64,000 nucleotides of DNA, from the NCBI RefSeq assembly GCF_009914755.1, contig NC_060947.1, one strand, 5' to 3'. The notes under the pieces are model-generated. The model ran no database searches, was not told where the DNA came from, and worked only from the letters and a program-made list of their open reading frames with translations. Made by a program: the position numbers and the translations under genes. Numbering within the stretch: position 1 is the stretch's first letter; each line of letters starts with the position of its first letter. Positions 43,973-61,785 of the stretch are shown here, in pieces. Source of the DNA: the human T2T-CHM13v2.0 reference genome, Homo sapiens.

Positions 43973-46289
43973 ACCATAGGAGCCTTTTTACTGTCTATTT
44001 GTATCCCATAACAGCACATCGTGTACCTTAAATATACACAATAAAATTTATTATTTAAAAAACCAAATCGTACCTGGGATACTTATGGTTTGGTCTTGGG
44101 TAAGTTACTTAATCTCGTAACCCTCAGTTTTTCAGTTGTAAAAGTATAGATGAGACGATCTACTTCATGGGATTGTTTCACAAATTGAATAAGATCACAT
44201 GTGTAAAGCACACAACACATATTAGGTGTTCAATAAATGTTACTTCTTTAACACCATACGAGCTGAGTATATTTGAAAGAAAAGGAAGTTAATATAGTAT
44301 ATATAGTGTGCTCTCTATGTGCTGGTACTTTACATACATGTAAGCTTCACAAGCCAGGGATCTTTGTTTACTTTGTTCACTGATGTATTGTGCCCACTGA
44401 TGCCTAGAATGGGGACTTGAATAAGGTAAGTGCAAAATAAAGAATATTTGATGTAGATATTCTCTCTCTTCTCTGAGTCTCATGCCATCCTGGATTCTCA
44501 AAAGGATGGGGATGGGGAAGGTTAGGGTAAATTTCAGGAATGGGGTAAAAGGAAAGGTTGCTGTACATATCATCCATAAGAAATACAGTGGTTTTGTGTT
44601 ATATATATCTGGGGACAGCTATTTTGACACCTTGAACTAACAACATAGGGCCATAAATGGTTGGTGTCAAGTGTGGAGAGTAGACAGTTGCTTTAGAAGG
44701 TAACTAGGCAAGGTCTTGTGCAGAAAACTGTATTAGGGCTTGGTCTTTAAACACTGGCAGAATTCAATAGAAAGGCAGTAGGATTCAGATAAGCAGAGCT
44801 ATGCAGGAATTCTCTCTACTACATCCATGACAGTTTGCCATCTCACCTCTATTTAAACACTTTCAGGGACACAAAGGTCATTCATCACCTGACTAGGCAG
44901 CCCATTTTTTTTTCTGAGCAGCTCTGATTGGTTCCTTTGCCAAACCAAGTCTTCCTCTTCGTAACTTCTGCCATTAGTCTTATATCTGCCCTCTGCAGCT
45001 CCAAAGAATGTCTACTCACTTTCCCACATGGCGACCCTCCACATTGTAGAAGGCGGTTCTTCAGTCCTCCTGAGTCAGGCAAAAGTGAGGAAGACATTCT
45101 TTTCTTAAATTCATGTACAATATGCCCAAGCCCAGTAGACTCAGGAACATCCCTATCCCAGTGCAGCCCACCCAAAGGGGAAAGCATTTCTGAAAAAATA
45201 AAATAGACACAGAAGTAGGCCTGGTAAAATAATCACTGCTAAAAACAGCAACTTGCTGGGTGGCCTCCAATTCAAAAAAGCAAGCAGCCAGCACAAATGT
45301 GTTCAAGTGAGGAACTGGGAAAATGGATCCATTTTCTCTTCAGCAATTATTCTTTATGAAATTGAAAACTTTCTCACAATCTTCTATATTATACACTAAT
45401 TATTACCTGATGCTGAGGCCAGTGGAGGCTCCTTAACTGAAAATTCTAAAGAAAGCAAAAGCCCCTCCCTCCCACCCATAGCTGCATTTTCACTGTCTTG
45501 AGCCGGGGTTTATTTCTCCTAGGAATCTAGAGGAAAACTGGAGTGGAACAGACGAACCTAAAACATGCGTTTTCATGAGATGACAAGGGGAATAATTGCA
45601 CTCACAGAATTTCACAGCAAATCTGACAGAATGTTGAGGATGTGAAGAATTTTACAAGAAATATGAACATTGTCAAAAGCAGCATATTTCTGCGAAATTC
45701 TCTAAAATTCAGCCATACTCATTTTACAAAGAAATTGGTCACAACCTAATGAAACAGATTTTAATTTTATACTCTCTCTATGCAGCTTTCATTTATAGTT
45801 TAACAGTTTTAGTGAAGAGTTCATATTGCATGATTTACCAAGCAGATCCATATTTCCTAGATGGATTGTAGGTACTGCTTCTCTCCACAAACTAGCTGTA
45901 TCCTAACTTTCCAACTGTAGCTTTAATTCTACTCCTTCACAAATTGGTCTATTGGCCATGTTCCAAAAATGCTCAGTGCTTTCTTACCTCTACAACTTTC
46001 CCTAGTGACTTCTTCCACCAGAAAAGTCTCATTCTCTTGCTTCTACCTCTCTACACTCCTGGTTCTTTCAAGATCCAGCTCAAATTTTTCTTCCTCCATG
46101 AACCGTCCATCATTCTTTCATCCCAGCCACTTCTGAGTTCTCACAGTAATCTATCTATAGTAGTGTAGGACTAAAGCACATTTTAGTATTGGAGGGAGAG
46201 GGGCAAGATGATGCTAGAATTCAAGGGGGAAAACTTTAAAGGTCAAAAGCCAAACAAACTGCTACATCACAATGACAAGGCTAGAATTA

Positions 46290-46680
46290 CAGTTAATGAA
46301 CAGAATATATTTATTCAACAAATATCTGTTGAGTACTCCTTATGTGCCAGGCACCCTGAGAGATACAGTACTTACAGCACAAAGAAAGTCGGGGGAGGAA
46401 GCAATAACACCCAAGAGAAACAAGAAGACATTGACCAAATAATCATACAAATAGACTACACAAACATCTTTTGCTTGAGCATCTGGATGGATGGTGGTAC
46501 CATTTACTGAGATGAGGAAAACTGGGAGAGATGTCAGTTGGGGTAGAACTCTGGGAACTAAAGAGTTCAATTTTGGTCACTTAAAGTTTGAGAAACCTGT
46601 GCAACATCCAGGTGGAGATGTCAAGTAGGCAATTGGATATACAGTCAGGGACTCAGAAGACAAGTCAGGGGTAGAAATAA
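46290..46680 (-). mobile_element. L2 fragment
   Basis: ttattcaacaaatatctgttgagtactccttatgtgccaggcac...ggatggtggtaccatttactgagatg...gagttcaattttgg. Confidence 0.7.
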
Positions 46681-47789
46681 AAGGAACAGTAAAAGTCAAC
46701 AACTAGAAAGTCAAGAGACAGTTGAAAGCAAGTGAAATGGGGCCACTGCATCCAATTCTGTAAACGTCGAGAGTCTCAAAAGGTACTTTTTCTATATTGG
46801 TGACAGGCTTTGCAGGGTCAGGAGCAGAATCTCAAAAACAGCCAAGCCACGCTTATGGTGCTTATCATATTCACCTTTTCTTACCATTATATATGGACTA
46901 GACTTGTCTCAAATCTTCTATTAGACTTTGGTTGGGGATGGAGAGGAGGCCAAATAAATTCCACTCCTCTGAATTCTGAGTCAATTGCATAGTAGGCAAA
47001 GAGGTCAGGCTGGTAAAAACTAGAATGTCACCTCTTTCACTGCTGAAGTTTAGAGTCAAGGGCATAGCTTAGGTGGGCTTCCTAAATGTGTACCCCAGAA
47101 TTTGATAGACTTAACCACCCAGTCACAAATGACACTGGAAGCCAGCAGGCCTCCCCTTGTGGGGACCTGCACCTATACGAGTTAAAGCACGCAGGAGCAG
47201 ACTAGAATGTGTGTTTCCTGCAAGGCTGCTGGCTCTCACATGGAAGCAGAAGGGCACAGCTGAGCCTCACCTGCCTAGTGCCTTCTCTCAAACTCATCAA
47301 TCAAGTAGTCACCAATTACCCCCAGGAAAGGATCAGGTTAGAAGGCAGAGAGAGGCCAGGAGTGTTATACTGATGAGATATCACTCCATACGCAACGAAA
47401 CATCAGGAGTCGGGAATATGTGAACCTCCTTAACAGACCTGAAGCTCCTGGGGTAAGGCAGGGCTGGAACTTTGTACCTCTGTGTATCTCCAAAGTATCC
47501 TTCATAGTGCCATGCTACAACAGAAGCCAAATAAATACCGAATAAAGGAATGGTGCCAGGAGCACTGTGTGTATGTGTTATGGGCCTCCTTTGTTCAAAA
47601 TTCAGCTTAAAATTTTCCTCCTTAGGGAAGCCTTTTCTTATTGACCTTGCTTCAATAGGTCACCTCTTCATTCTGGGCTTCCACAGCCTCTCCCTATTTT
47701 AGTTGCACCACATTAATTTTCACTTATTCGTATGCTGTTTCACAAATGTTCTTGTAAGTCATTTCTTATCCCCTTAAAAATACATCTTT

Positions 47790-48122
<333 letters not shown>

Positions 48123-49590
48123 TCATGCATCCTACTATTCCCCCTCAGCTGTGTGCCTAGAAGAGTGAGGAGCACACAGTGGGAGCTCAGACAGTGCCAT
48201 GACTGGCATTGCTAATTGTTGAGGTTGTCAGTCTTCTTTGAGAAATGGAGTGCAGTAACCTCCAAGACAAAAGAATCTGCTCTGAGGCTCTGACTTCTGT
48301 ACTGGATGCATTTCTACTGTCCTTCTGTACTAGGCTCTCAGAACAAGATTCCTCACCTACTGCCATTTTCTATCCATCACAAAGGAGCACATAAAGAATG
48401 ACAGGCTCCAAACAGACTGAGCTTCTTCCAGCCCTTTTGCACTGAAGGAACACTCCACAGTGACAGGCTTTTGAAGGAGATGACAAAGAGAAGCCCCATA
48501 ATGAAAGCTGATGACAGAGATTTCTCTGCATGAAGTTGGTCTTACCTTAATTCCTCTGTGAGCTGAGTTATGGAGCAATCACAGGTCACACAAATTGATA
48601 ACGCATTTGATAGGGCATTAAAAATAGCAGATAGGAAAAATTGTAGAAAATAAGCTTTTACTCCAGGGGAATTCGTAGAATAGAGGACTAACCTGGCAGA
48701 TATTACCTGAAATGCCAGCTCTAAAACTATGAGCCTTCCAGTTCCAGTTCCTAGTCCCAAATTGACCTTGCCCACCGCAGAATGATTTGGCATATGCAGA
48801 GTAAATTAAAAATAAACTCCACAAGGAAGGCACAGCTTCAACAGGACTTTGATATGAAAATATTTAATGGGATCAAAGCTCATGTCTTAGTGTGTCTATG
48901 CATCATGCTGCCAGTGTGTGGTATGTATGTGTGTTAAATAGGAGAAGTGGGGGAGTGATCAAGGGGAGACTCATTGTATATGATTGGGGGAGTAATTATT
49001 CTGATCTGGAAATATGTAAAATATCACAGCTGGAAAACCTTTAGGAACATCAAATTCAAAACCCCTATTTTATAACTAAGGAAAATGAGTCAAGAGGCAG
49101 AGTATATTAGTTCTCAAACCCAGGCCTCTAATTTCTAATGTGTGTCTTTCTGCTCTCTATAAGAAGGGAACTTGTAGAGAGCACACTATTTAATAGGACA
49201 GTTCTCAACTGATTTGCCCTTTTAATCACATGAACTGTAGTAATGATATATTTTAATCATTTTTACCTCCATAGTAACTCCACAGCCAATATCCATATTA
49301 TTTTTGCCATGTAAATTGCAAGATGGCATGCTGCATCTTGCCATCTTGCAAACACTGAAAGGAAGTGACAAAATGATCTTTCCAGTTTCACAGAGCTCAT
49401 TATAAACTCCAGTATTCGACCTTTGTTCTGTAGGTGATATATAAGATTTGACTTTAGGGTAAAAATTAACCCATCTATACTGCCTCCCTGAATATGCTGT
49501 GTGTCTTCTTTACATTATACCTTGACTCGTGCTAGTCCTTTGCCTGGAATATCTTCCTACCATCCTAGCCCATCCCCATCATGATCTATT

Positions 49591-49669
49591 GCAGGTTGGT
49601 GCAAAATAGTTGCGGTTTTTGCCATTAAAAGTGATTTCAAAAACCGCAATTACTTTTGCACCAAGCTAA
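49591..49669. mobile_element. MADE1 (Hsmar1-derived mariner MITE), near full length
   Basis: aggttggtgcaaaatagttgcggtttttgccatt...caaaaaccgcaattacttttgcaccaagctaa followed by TA; palindromic ~80 bp. Confidence 0.9.
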
Positions 49670-50071
49670 TATCAAAATTCTGGCTGTTTTTCATGGCACA
49701 TATTAAGTATTACCTTTTTATGGAGTTGTCTCTAATGCTAAGCTCTCAAACAAAATAATGCCTTTCTTCATTGAAGCTACAGAGTCCACTGTTTAAACTA
49801 TCCTGAAGTGTGTGTCACATTCTCTCTTTTATGGTGGCCATTCACTGTGGCAAACACTGTTGGTCACATACTCAACAACAGTTTCTTCTACTTTCTTGCT
49901 AAAAGAAACCTTGGTCAGAGGAGTAATGTGCTCAGCCCCAGAGAATGAATTATAATATATGTAAGCCAAATATGATTATTCCATTTTCCTTTGCTGTACA
50001 ATCTCTATTCCAACCTCCCTCACAGTAAGGGGTGACCATATGAAAAAATTCTGACCAGTAAGACTCAGAAC

Positions 50072-50534
50072 TGTGAAAGGTCAGAGATCTTACCCTACTT
50101 ATAAGCTAACAAGTTAGCCTGCCATAGTGATGTAATATTATGGATACTGGCAGAAAACACACAACTCCCGGGACAGAGACAAAGGACTTCACCATTCATA
50201 GCAACAGCAGTAACCAGAGTATCAGCATTTTCTTAAGCCCATTCTCCAGTCCCCAATTCCCACAGGTTGATACAAACAGGGCCACAGGACACCTGCATAC
50301 TCAGTGGATTATGCTACAGGAGAGGAAACCTAAGTATAGAAAACCCAAATATTTTATGATGGGCAGTAAACATGTTTGACCTTTGCCCTGGAAGAAGGCA
50401 TTATCTCTATCTTCCACAGCTATTTACTATATAGGCATCCTTGAAAAAAATAGCCCAGAACAAAAGCTATCAGTGTCTCTGTTCACAAGATGTACTGAAA
50501 TACAAGTGATAATTGTCTCCTATGTCTCCTAACA
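50072..50534. mobile_element. ERV-type solo LTR (family not assigned) inserted in MLT1
   Basis: TG...CA termini; gagatcttaccctacttataagctaacaagttagcctgcc...gagacaaaggact. Confidence 0.5.
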
Positions 50535-51477
50535 GAGACATAAGCAGAAATATGCTGCAGAGACTTGTGTGATTTTTCTCCATAATAAAAAGAAAATGGC
50601 CCAGAACCAATATCACCATAAACAGAGTCACCAGCAGGGCCTGCCCCTCAATTCTCCCCTCCTAGCGGCTTGCATAAGCCACTGTGGTGAACGTCCACAG
50701 AGAGGCAGATACCCCAGCACCCACTAGCACCCTGATGCAGCCAATGAGCATGCACCCCACTGTGCTGCCACGATGGCTACTGCTGGTCCATGCAACAAGG
50801 ATGAAACCTACTGTCATCACACTACAAAACACTTTGGCTGATGCCACCCACCAAAGTGTAGTGACCAGTGGTCCAGGAGCATCTCAGCATGCCCCCCACC
50901 CCCACCGCTTCAAGGGCGGTGGATCCCCAACCTCAAGGAGCCAGAAAACAAAGTCAGGGGCCTTCAATACAAGTCCCCCAGAGTTAGAGCATGCAATCTA
51001 GGAGTTGGGAGATGAGCGTTGTCCCCCTAAAATCTTCCAGAAATGAAGCCAGTCAGCTGAATTCACCTTATAACACACCCAAACCCTCAAGGTCATCAAA
51101 TAAGATAAAAGAAAAAGAACCCATCCAAAGTTCAGCCACCTCAAAGAATGAAGGTACATAAATCCACAAATATGAGAAAGAACCAGAGCAAGAACCCTGG
51201 CAACTCAAAAAGCCAGAATACCTTCGTTCCTCCAAATAACTGTATCACCTGTCCAGCAAGCATTCTGAATTGGGCTGAGATGGCTGAAATGACAGAAATA
51301 AAATTCAGAATATGGATAGGAATGAAGATCATTGAGCTAAAGGAATACATTGAAACTCAATCCAACGAAGCTAAGAATCAAGATGAAACAATGTAGGAGC
51401 TGACAGATAAAATAGACACTATAGAAAAGAATGTAACTGACCTGATAGAGCTGAAAAACTCACTACAAGAATTTCAT

Positions 51478-51802
<325 letters not shown>

Positions 51803-54800
51803 TCATAAGTATTAATAGCATAATAGACCAAGTGAAAGAAAGAATCTCAGAGCTTGAAGACTGTCCTTCTGAAGTAAGACAGTCAGACAAGAATAGAGGA
51901 AAAAAAAACAATAAAAATGATCAAAACCTCTGAAAAATATGGGATTATGTAGAGACAAAATCTATGACTCATTGATGTCCCTGAAAGAGATGGGGAGAAT
52001 GGAACCAACTTGGAAAACATATTTTAGGATATCATCCATGAGAACTTTCCCAAATCAGATAGGCCAACATTCAAATTCAGGATATGCAGAGAACCCCAGT
52101 AAGATACGTCACAGGAAGATCATCCCTAAGACACAATCATGACTCTGCAAGGTCAAAATGAAAGAAAAATGTTAAAGACAGCTAGAGAGAAAGGTCAGGT
52201 CACCTACAAAGGGAAATCCATCAGACTAACAGTGGACCTCTCAGCAGAAACTCTACAAGCTAGAAGAGATTGGGGGCCAATATTCTACATTCTTAAGGAA
52301 AAGAAATTCCAACTCAGAATTTTACATCTGGCTAAACTAAGCTTCATATGTCAAGGAGAAATAAGATCCTTTTCAGACAAACAAATGCTGAGGGAATTTG
52401 TTATGAGCAGATTGGCCTTACAAGAGCTCCTGAAGGAAGCACTAAATATGGAAAGGAAAGACCATCACCAGCCTCTAAAAAACACACTGAATTACACAAA
52501 ACAGTGACACTATAAAGCAGCTTCATAAATAAGACTTCAAGATGACCAGCTAACATCATGACAGGATCAAATCTATACATTTCAATAATAACCTTAAATG
52601 TAAATGTGCTAATTGCCCCAATTAAAAGACACAGAATGGCAAGCCAGATAAAGAACCAAGACCCATTGGTATGCTGTCTTCAAGAGATCCATTTCACATG
52701 CAATGACACACATAGGCTCAAAGTAAAGGGATGGAGGAAAATCTTACCAAGCAAATGGAAAACAGAAACAGGTAGGGGTTGCAATCCTGGTTTCTGACAA
52801 AACAGATTTAAACCAAAAAAGATCAAAAACAAAAAGAAGGACATTACATAATGGTAAAGGGTTCCATTCAACAAGAAGATCTAACTATCCTAAATATATA
52901 TGCACCCAACACTGGAGCACCCAGATTAATAAAGCAAGTTCTTAGAGACCTTCAAATAGACTTAGACTCCCACACAATAATAGTGAGAGACTTTAACACC
53001 CTACTGACAATGTTAGACAGATCATTGAGTAAGAAAGTTAACAAAGATATTCAGGACCTGAACTCAGCACTGAATCATATGGACCTGATAGATATCTACA
53101 GAACTGTCCACCCCCGCCCACAAAAACAGAATATACATTCTTCTCATCGCCACATGGCATGTACTCTCAGATTGATCACATAATCAGAAGTAAAACACTC
53201 TTCAGCAAAAACAAAGGAACTGAAATCATAACAATCTCCCAGACTACAAGACAATTAAATTAGAAATCAAGACTAAATAATTCACTCAAAACCATACAAT
53301 TACACTTAAATTGAATAACCTGCTTCTGAATGACTTTTGGGTAAATAATGAAATTAAGGCAGAAACCAAGAAGTTCTTTGAAACTAATGGGAACAAAGAT
53401 ACAACATACCAGAATCTCTGGGACACCACAAAGACAGTGTTAAAAGGGAAATTTATAACACTACATGTCCACATCTAAAAGTTACAATGATCTCAATTTA
53501 AGAAGCTAACATCACAACTAAAAGATCTAGGGAATCAAGAACAAACAAACCCCAAATCTAGCAAAAGACAAAAAATAACCAAAATCATAGCTGAACTGAA
53601 GGAGATTGAGACATGAAAAACCATTCAAAAGATCAGTGAATCTAAGAGTTGGTTTTTGGAAAAAACATTAATAAAATATATAGACCTTTAGCTACACTAA
53701 CAAAGAAGAAAAGAGAGAAGATTCAAATAAACAAAATCAGAAACAACAAGGGAAATATTTATACCGACCCCACAGAAATACAAATAACCATCAGAGAATA
53801 TTAAGAACACCTCTATGCACATATATTAGAAAATCTAGAATAAATGGATAAATTCCTGGACACATACACCCTCCCAAGACTGAACCAATAAGAAATCGAG
53901 CACCTGAACAGACTGATAATGAGCTCTAAAATTGAATCAGTAATAAATAGCATATCAACCAAAAAAAAGCCCAGGACCAGACAGATTCACAGCTGAGTTT
54001 TACCAGATGTACAAAGAAGAGCTGGCACCACTCCTGCTGAAACTATTACAAAAAATTGAGGAGGAGGGACTCTTCCCTAACTCAATCTATAAGGCCAGCA
54101 TCATCCTGATACCAAAACCTGGCAGAGAAACAACAGAAACAGAAAACTTCAGCCAATATTCTTGAAGAAAATTGATGCAAAAATCCTCAACAAAATACTG
54201 GCAAACCAAATCCAGCAGTACATCAAAAAGCTTATTCATTACAATCAAGTAGGCTTTATCCCTGAAATGTAAGGTTGGTTCAACACACACAAATCAATAA
54301 ATGTGATTCATCCTAAACAGAACTAATGACAGAACTACATATTTATCTTAATAGATAGAGAAAAGACTTTTGATAGAATTCAACACCCCTTCATATTAAA
54401 AACCCTCAATAAACTAAGTATTAAAGGAACATACCTCAAAATAATAAGAGCCATCTACAACAAACCCACTGAATATGCAAAAGCTGGAAGCATTCCCCTT
54501 GAAAACTGGCATAAGACAAGGATGCCATCTCTCACCACTCCCATTCCACATAGTATTGGAAGTCCTGGCCAGAGTAATCAGGCAAGAAAGAGAAAGAAAG
54601 GGCATCCAAAAAGGAAGAAAGGAAGTCAAACAATTCCTGTTTACAGAAGACATGATCCCATATCTAGTCTTGGCCCAAAAGCTCCTCCAGCTAATAAAGA
54701 ACTTCAACAAAGTCTCAGGATACAGAATCAACATACGGAAATCACTAGCACTCCCATACACCAAGAACAGCCAAACCAAGAGCCAAATGAGGAATGCAAT

Positions 54801-55858
54801 CTCATTCACAATTGCCACAACAAATATATAATACCTAGGAATACAGCCAACCAGGGAGGTGGAAGATCTCTACAAGGAGAACTACAAAACACTGCTCAAA
54901 GAAATCAGAGATGGCAAAAACAAATGAAAAAGCATTCCATGCTCATGGAGAGGAAGAGTCAATATCATTTAAAATGGCCATACTGCCCAAAGCAATTTAT
55001 AGGTTCAACACTATTCCTATTAAACTACCAATGATATGCTTCACAGAACTAGAAAAAAAACTATTTTGAAATTCATGTGTAACCAAAAAAGAGCCCAAAT
55101 GGCCAAGGCAATCCTAAGCAAAAAGAACAAAGCTGAAGGCATCATGCTATCTAACTTCAAACTGTATTACAGTGCTACAGTAGCCAAAACAACATGGTAC
55201 TGGTAGAAAAACAGACAGAAAGACCAATGGAACAGAATAGAAAATCCAGAAATAAGGCCAATCACCTACAACTATCTGATCTTTGAAAAACCTGACAAAA
55301 AATAAGCAATGGGGAAAGAATTCCCTATGCAATAGATGGTGCTGGGATAACTGGCTAGCCAAATGCAGAAGATTGAAACTGGACCCCTTGCTTACACCAT
55401 ATACAAAAGTTAACTCAAGATTGAGTAAAGACTTAAATGTAAAACCCAAAAGTAAAAACTCAATTTAAACCGAAAACTAAATTTAAAGACTTAAATGTAA
55501 AACCCTGGAAGACAACCTAGGCAATACCATTCTGAACATAGGCATGAGCAAAGATTTCCTAATGAAGACGCCAAAAGCAATTGCAACAAAAGCAAAAATT
55601 GGCACATGAGATCTAATTAAACTAAAGAGCTTCTGCACAACAAAAGAAACTATCAACTGAGTGAACAGACAATGTACAGAGTGGGAGAAAATTTTTGCAA
55701 TCTATTAATCTGACAAAGGTCTAATGTCCCACATCTATAAAGTACTTAAACAGATTTACACGAAAAAAAACATTAAAAAGTGGGCAAAGGACATGAACAG
55801 ACACTTTTCAAAAGAAGACATATGCAGTCAAGAATCGTATTTTAAAAAGCTCAACATC

Positions 55859-56887
55859 GAGCCAAGATGGTTGAATAGGAACAGCTCCGGTCTACAGCTC
55901 CCAGCATGAGTGAAGCAGAAGACGGGTGATTTCTGCATTTCCATCTGAGGTACCGGGTTCATCTCACTAGGGAGTGCCAGACAGTGGATGCAGGACAGTG
56001 GGTGAGGCACACCGTGCGTGAGCCAAAGCAGGGTGAGGCATTGCCTCACTCAGGAAGTGCAAGGGGTCAGGGAGTTCCCTTTCCTAGTCAAAGAAAGGGG
56101 TGACAGACGGCACCTGGAAAATCGGGTCACTCCCACCCTAATACTGCGCTTTTCCGATGGGCTTAAAAAATGGCACACCAGGAGATTATATCCCGCACAT
56201 GGCTCGGAGGGTCCAACGCCCACGGAGTCTCGCTGATGGCTAGCACAGCAGTCTGAGATCAAACTGCAAGGCAGCAGCGAGGCTGGGGGAGGGGCGCCAG
56301 CCATTGCCCAGGCTCGCTTAGGTAAATAAAGCAGCTGGGAAGCTCGAACTGGGTGGAGCCCACCACAGCTCAAGGAGGCCTGCCTGCCTCTGTAGACTCC
56401 ACCTCTAGGGGCAGGGCATAGACAAACAAAAAGACAGCAGTAACCTCTGCAGACTTAAATGTCCCTGTCTGACAGCTTTGAAGAGAGCAGTGGTTCTCCC
56501 AGCACGCAGCTGGAGATCTGAGAACGGGCAGACTGCCTCCTCAAGTGGGTCCCTGACCCCTGACCCCCGAGCAGCCTAACTGGGAGGCACCCCCCAGTAG
56601 GGGTAGACTGACACCTCACACGGCCGGGTACTCCTCTGAGACAAAACTTCCAGAGGAAAGATCAGACAGCAGCATTCGCGGTTCACGAAAATCCGCTGTT
56701 CTGCAGCCACCGCTGCTGGTACCCAGGCAAACAGGGTCTGGAGTGGACCTCTAGCAAACTCCAACAGACCTGCAGCTGAGGGTCCTGTCTGTTAGAAGGA
56801 AAACTAACAAACAGAAAGGACATCCACAGCAAAAACCCATCTGTACATCACCTGCATCAAAGACCAAAAGTAGATAAAACCACAAAG
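55859..56887 (+). promoter_or_regulatory. L1 5'UTR internal sense/antisense promoter region
   Basis: YY1-site core caagatgg at the 5' end; the most CpG-rich stretch in the window; activity is not demonstrable from sequence. Confidence 0.7.
56050..56304 (-). CDS. L1 ORF0-like antisense ORF (84 aa), open
   Basis: MAGAPPPASLLPCSLISDCCASHQRDSVGVGPSEP... matches the primate L1 ORF0 N-terminus; ATG in gggcaATGg context; expression unknown. Confidence 0.5.
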   Translation of the reverse strand: MAGAPPPASLLPCSLISDCCASHQRDSVGVGPSEPCAGYNLLVCHFLSPSEKRSIRVGVTRFSRCRLSPLSLTRKGNSLTPCTS

Positions 56888-57904
56888 ATGGGGAAAAAAC
56901 AGAGCAGAAAAACTGGAAACTCTAAAAAGCAGAGCACCTCTCCTCCTCCAAAGGAATGCAGCTCCTCACTAGCAATGGAATAAAGCTGGACGGAGAATGA
57001 TTTTGATGAGTTGACAGAAGAAGGCTTCAGACGATCAAACTACTCTGGGCTAGAGGAAGAAATTCAAACCAAAGGCAAAGAAGTTAAAAACTTTGAAAAA
57101 AATTTAGACAAATGTATAACTAGAATAACCAATACAGAGAAGTGCTTAAAGGAGCTGATGGAGCTGAAAGCCAAGGCTTGAGAACTACGTGAAGAATGCA
57201 GAAGCCTCAGGAGCCGATGCGATCAACTGGAAGAAAGGGTATCAGTGATGGAAGATGAAATGAATGAAATGAAGCAAGAAGGGAAGTTTGGAGAAAAAAC
57301 AACAAAAAGAAATGAACAAAGCCTCCAAGAAATATGGGACTATGTGAAAAGACCAAATCTACATCTGACTGGTGTACCTGAACGTGACGGGGAGAATGGA
57401 ACCAAGTTAAAAAACACTCTGCAAGATATTATCCAGGAGAACTTCCCCAATCTAGCAAGGCAGGCCAACATTCAGATTCAGGAAATACAGAGAACGCCAC
57501 AAAGATACTCCTCGAGAAGAGCAACTCCAAGACACATAATTGTCAGATTCACCAAAGTTGAAATGAAGGACAAAATGTTAAGGGCAGCCAGAGAGAAAGG
57601 TCGGGTTACCCACAAAGGGAAGCCCATCAGACTAACAGCAGATCTCTCGACAGAAACTGTACAAGCCAGAAGAGAGTGGAGGCCAATATTCAACATTCTT
57701 AAAGAAAAGAATTTTCAACCCAGAATTTCATATCCAGCCAAACTAAGCTTCATAAGTGTAGGAGAAATAAAATACTTTACAGACAAGTAAATGCTGAGAG
57801 ATTTTGTCACCACCAGGCCTGCCCTAAAAGAGCTCCTGAAGGAAGCACTAAACATGGAAAGGAACAACCGGTACCAGCCACTGCAAAATCATGCCAAATT
57901 GTAA
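56888..57904 (+). pseudogene. L1 ORF1 with premature stops
   Basis: ATG GGG AAA AAA CAG start; 1017-bp frame retained, with in-frame stops at 56981, 57179 and 57788. Confidence 0.9.
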
Positions 57905-57952
57905 AGACCATCGAGGCTAGGAAGAAACTGCATCAACTAACGAGCAAAATAA

Positions 57953-61785
<3,833 letters not shown>

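Noticed and set aside
44885-45306. Overlapping 81-100 aa ORFs in unique sequence
   Set aside because: No recognisable domain, non-ATG starts and no convincing exon boundaries; lengths are as expected by chance.
48540-48710. Minus-strand splice-donor-like motifs (cttacct, ttacctg) suggesting an exon
   Set aside because: No matching acceptor or ORF could be paired with confidence; such motifs are common by chance.
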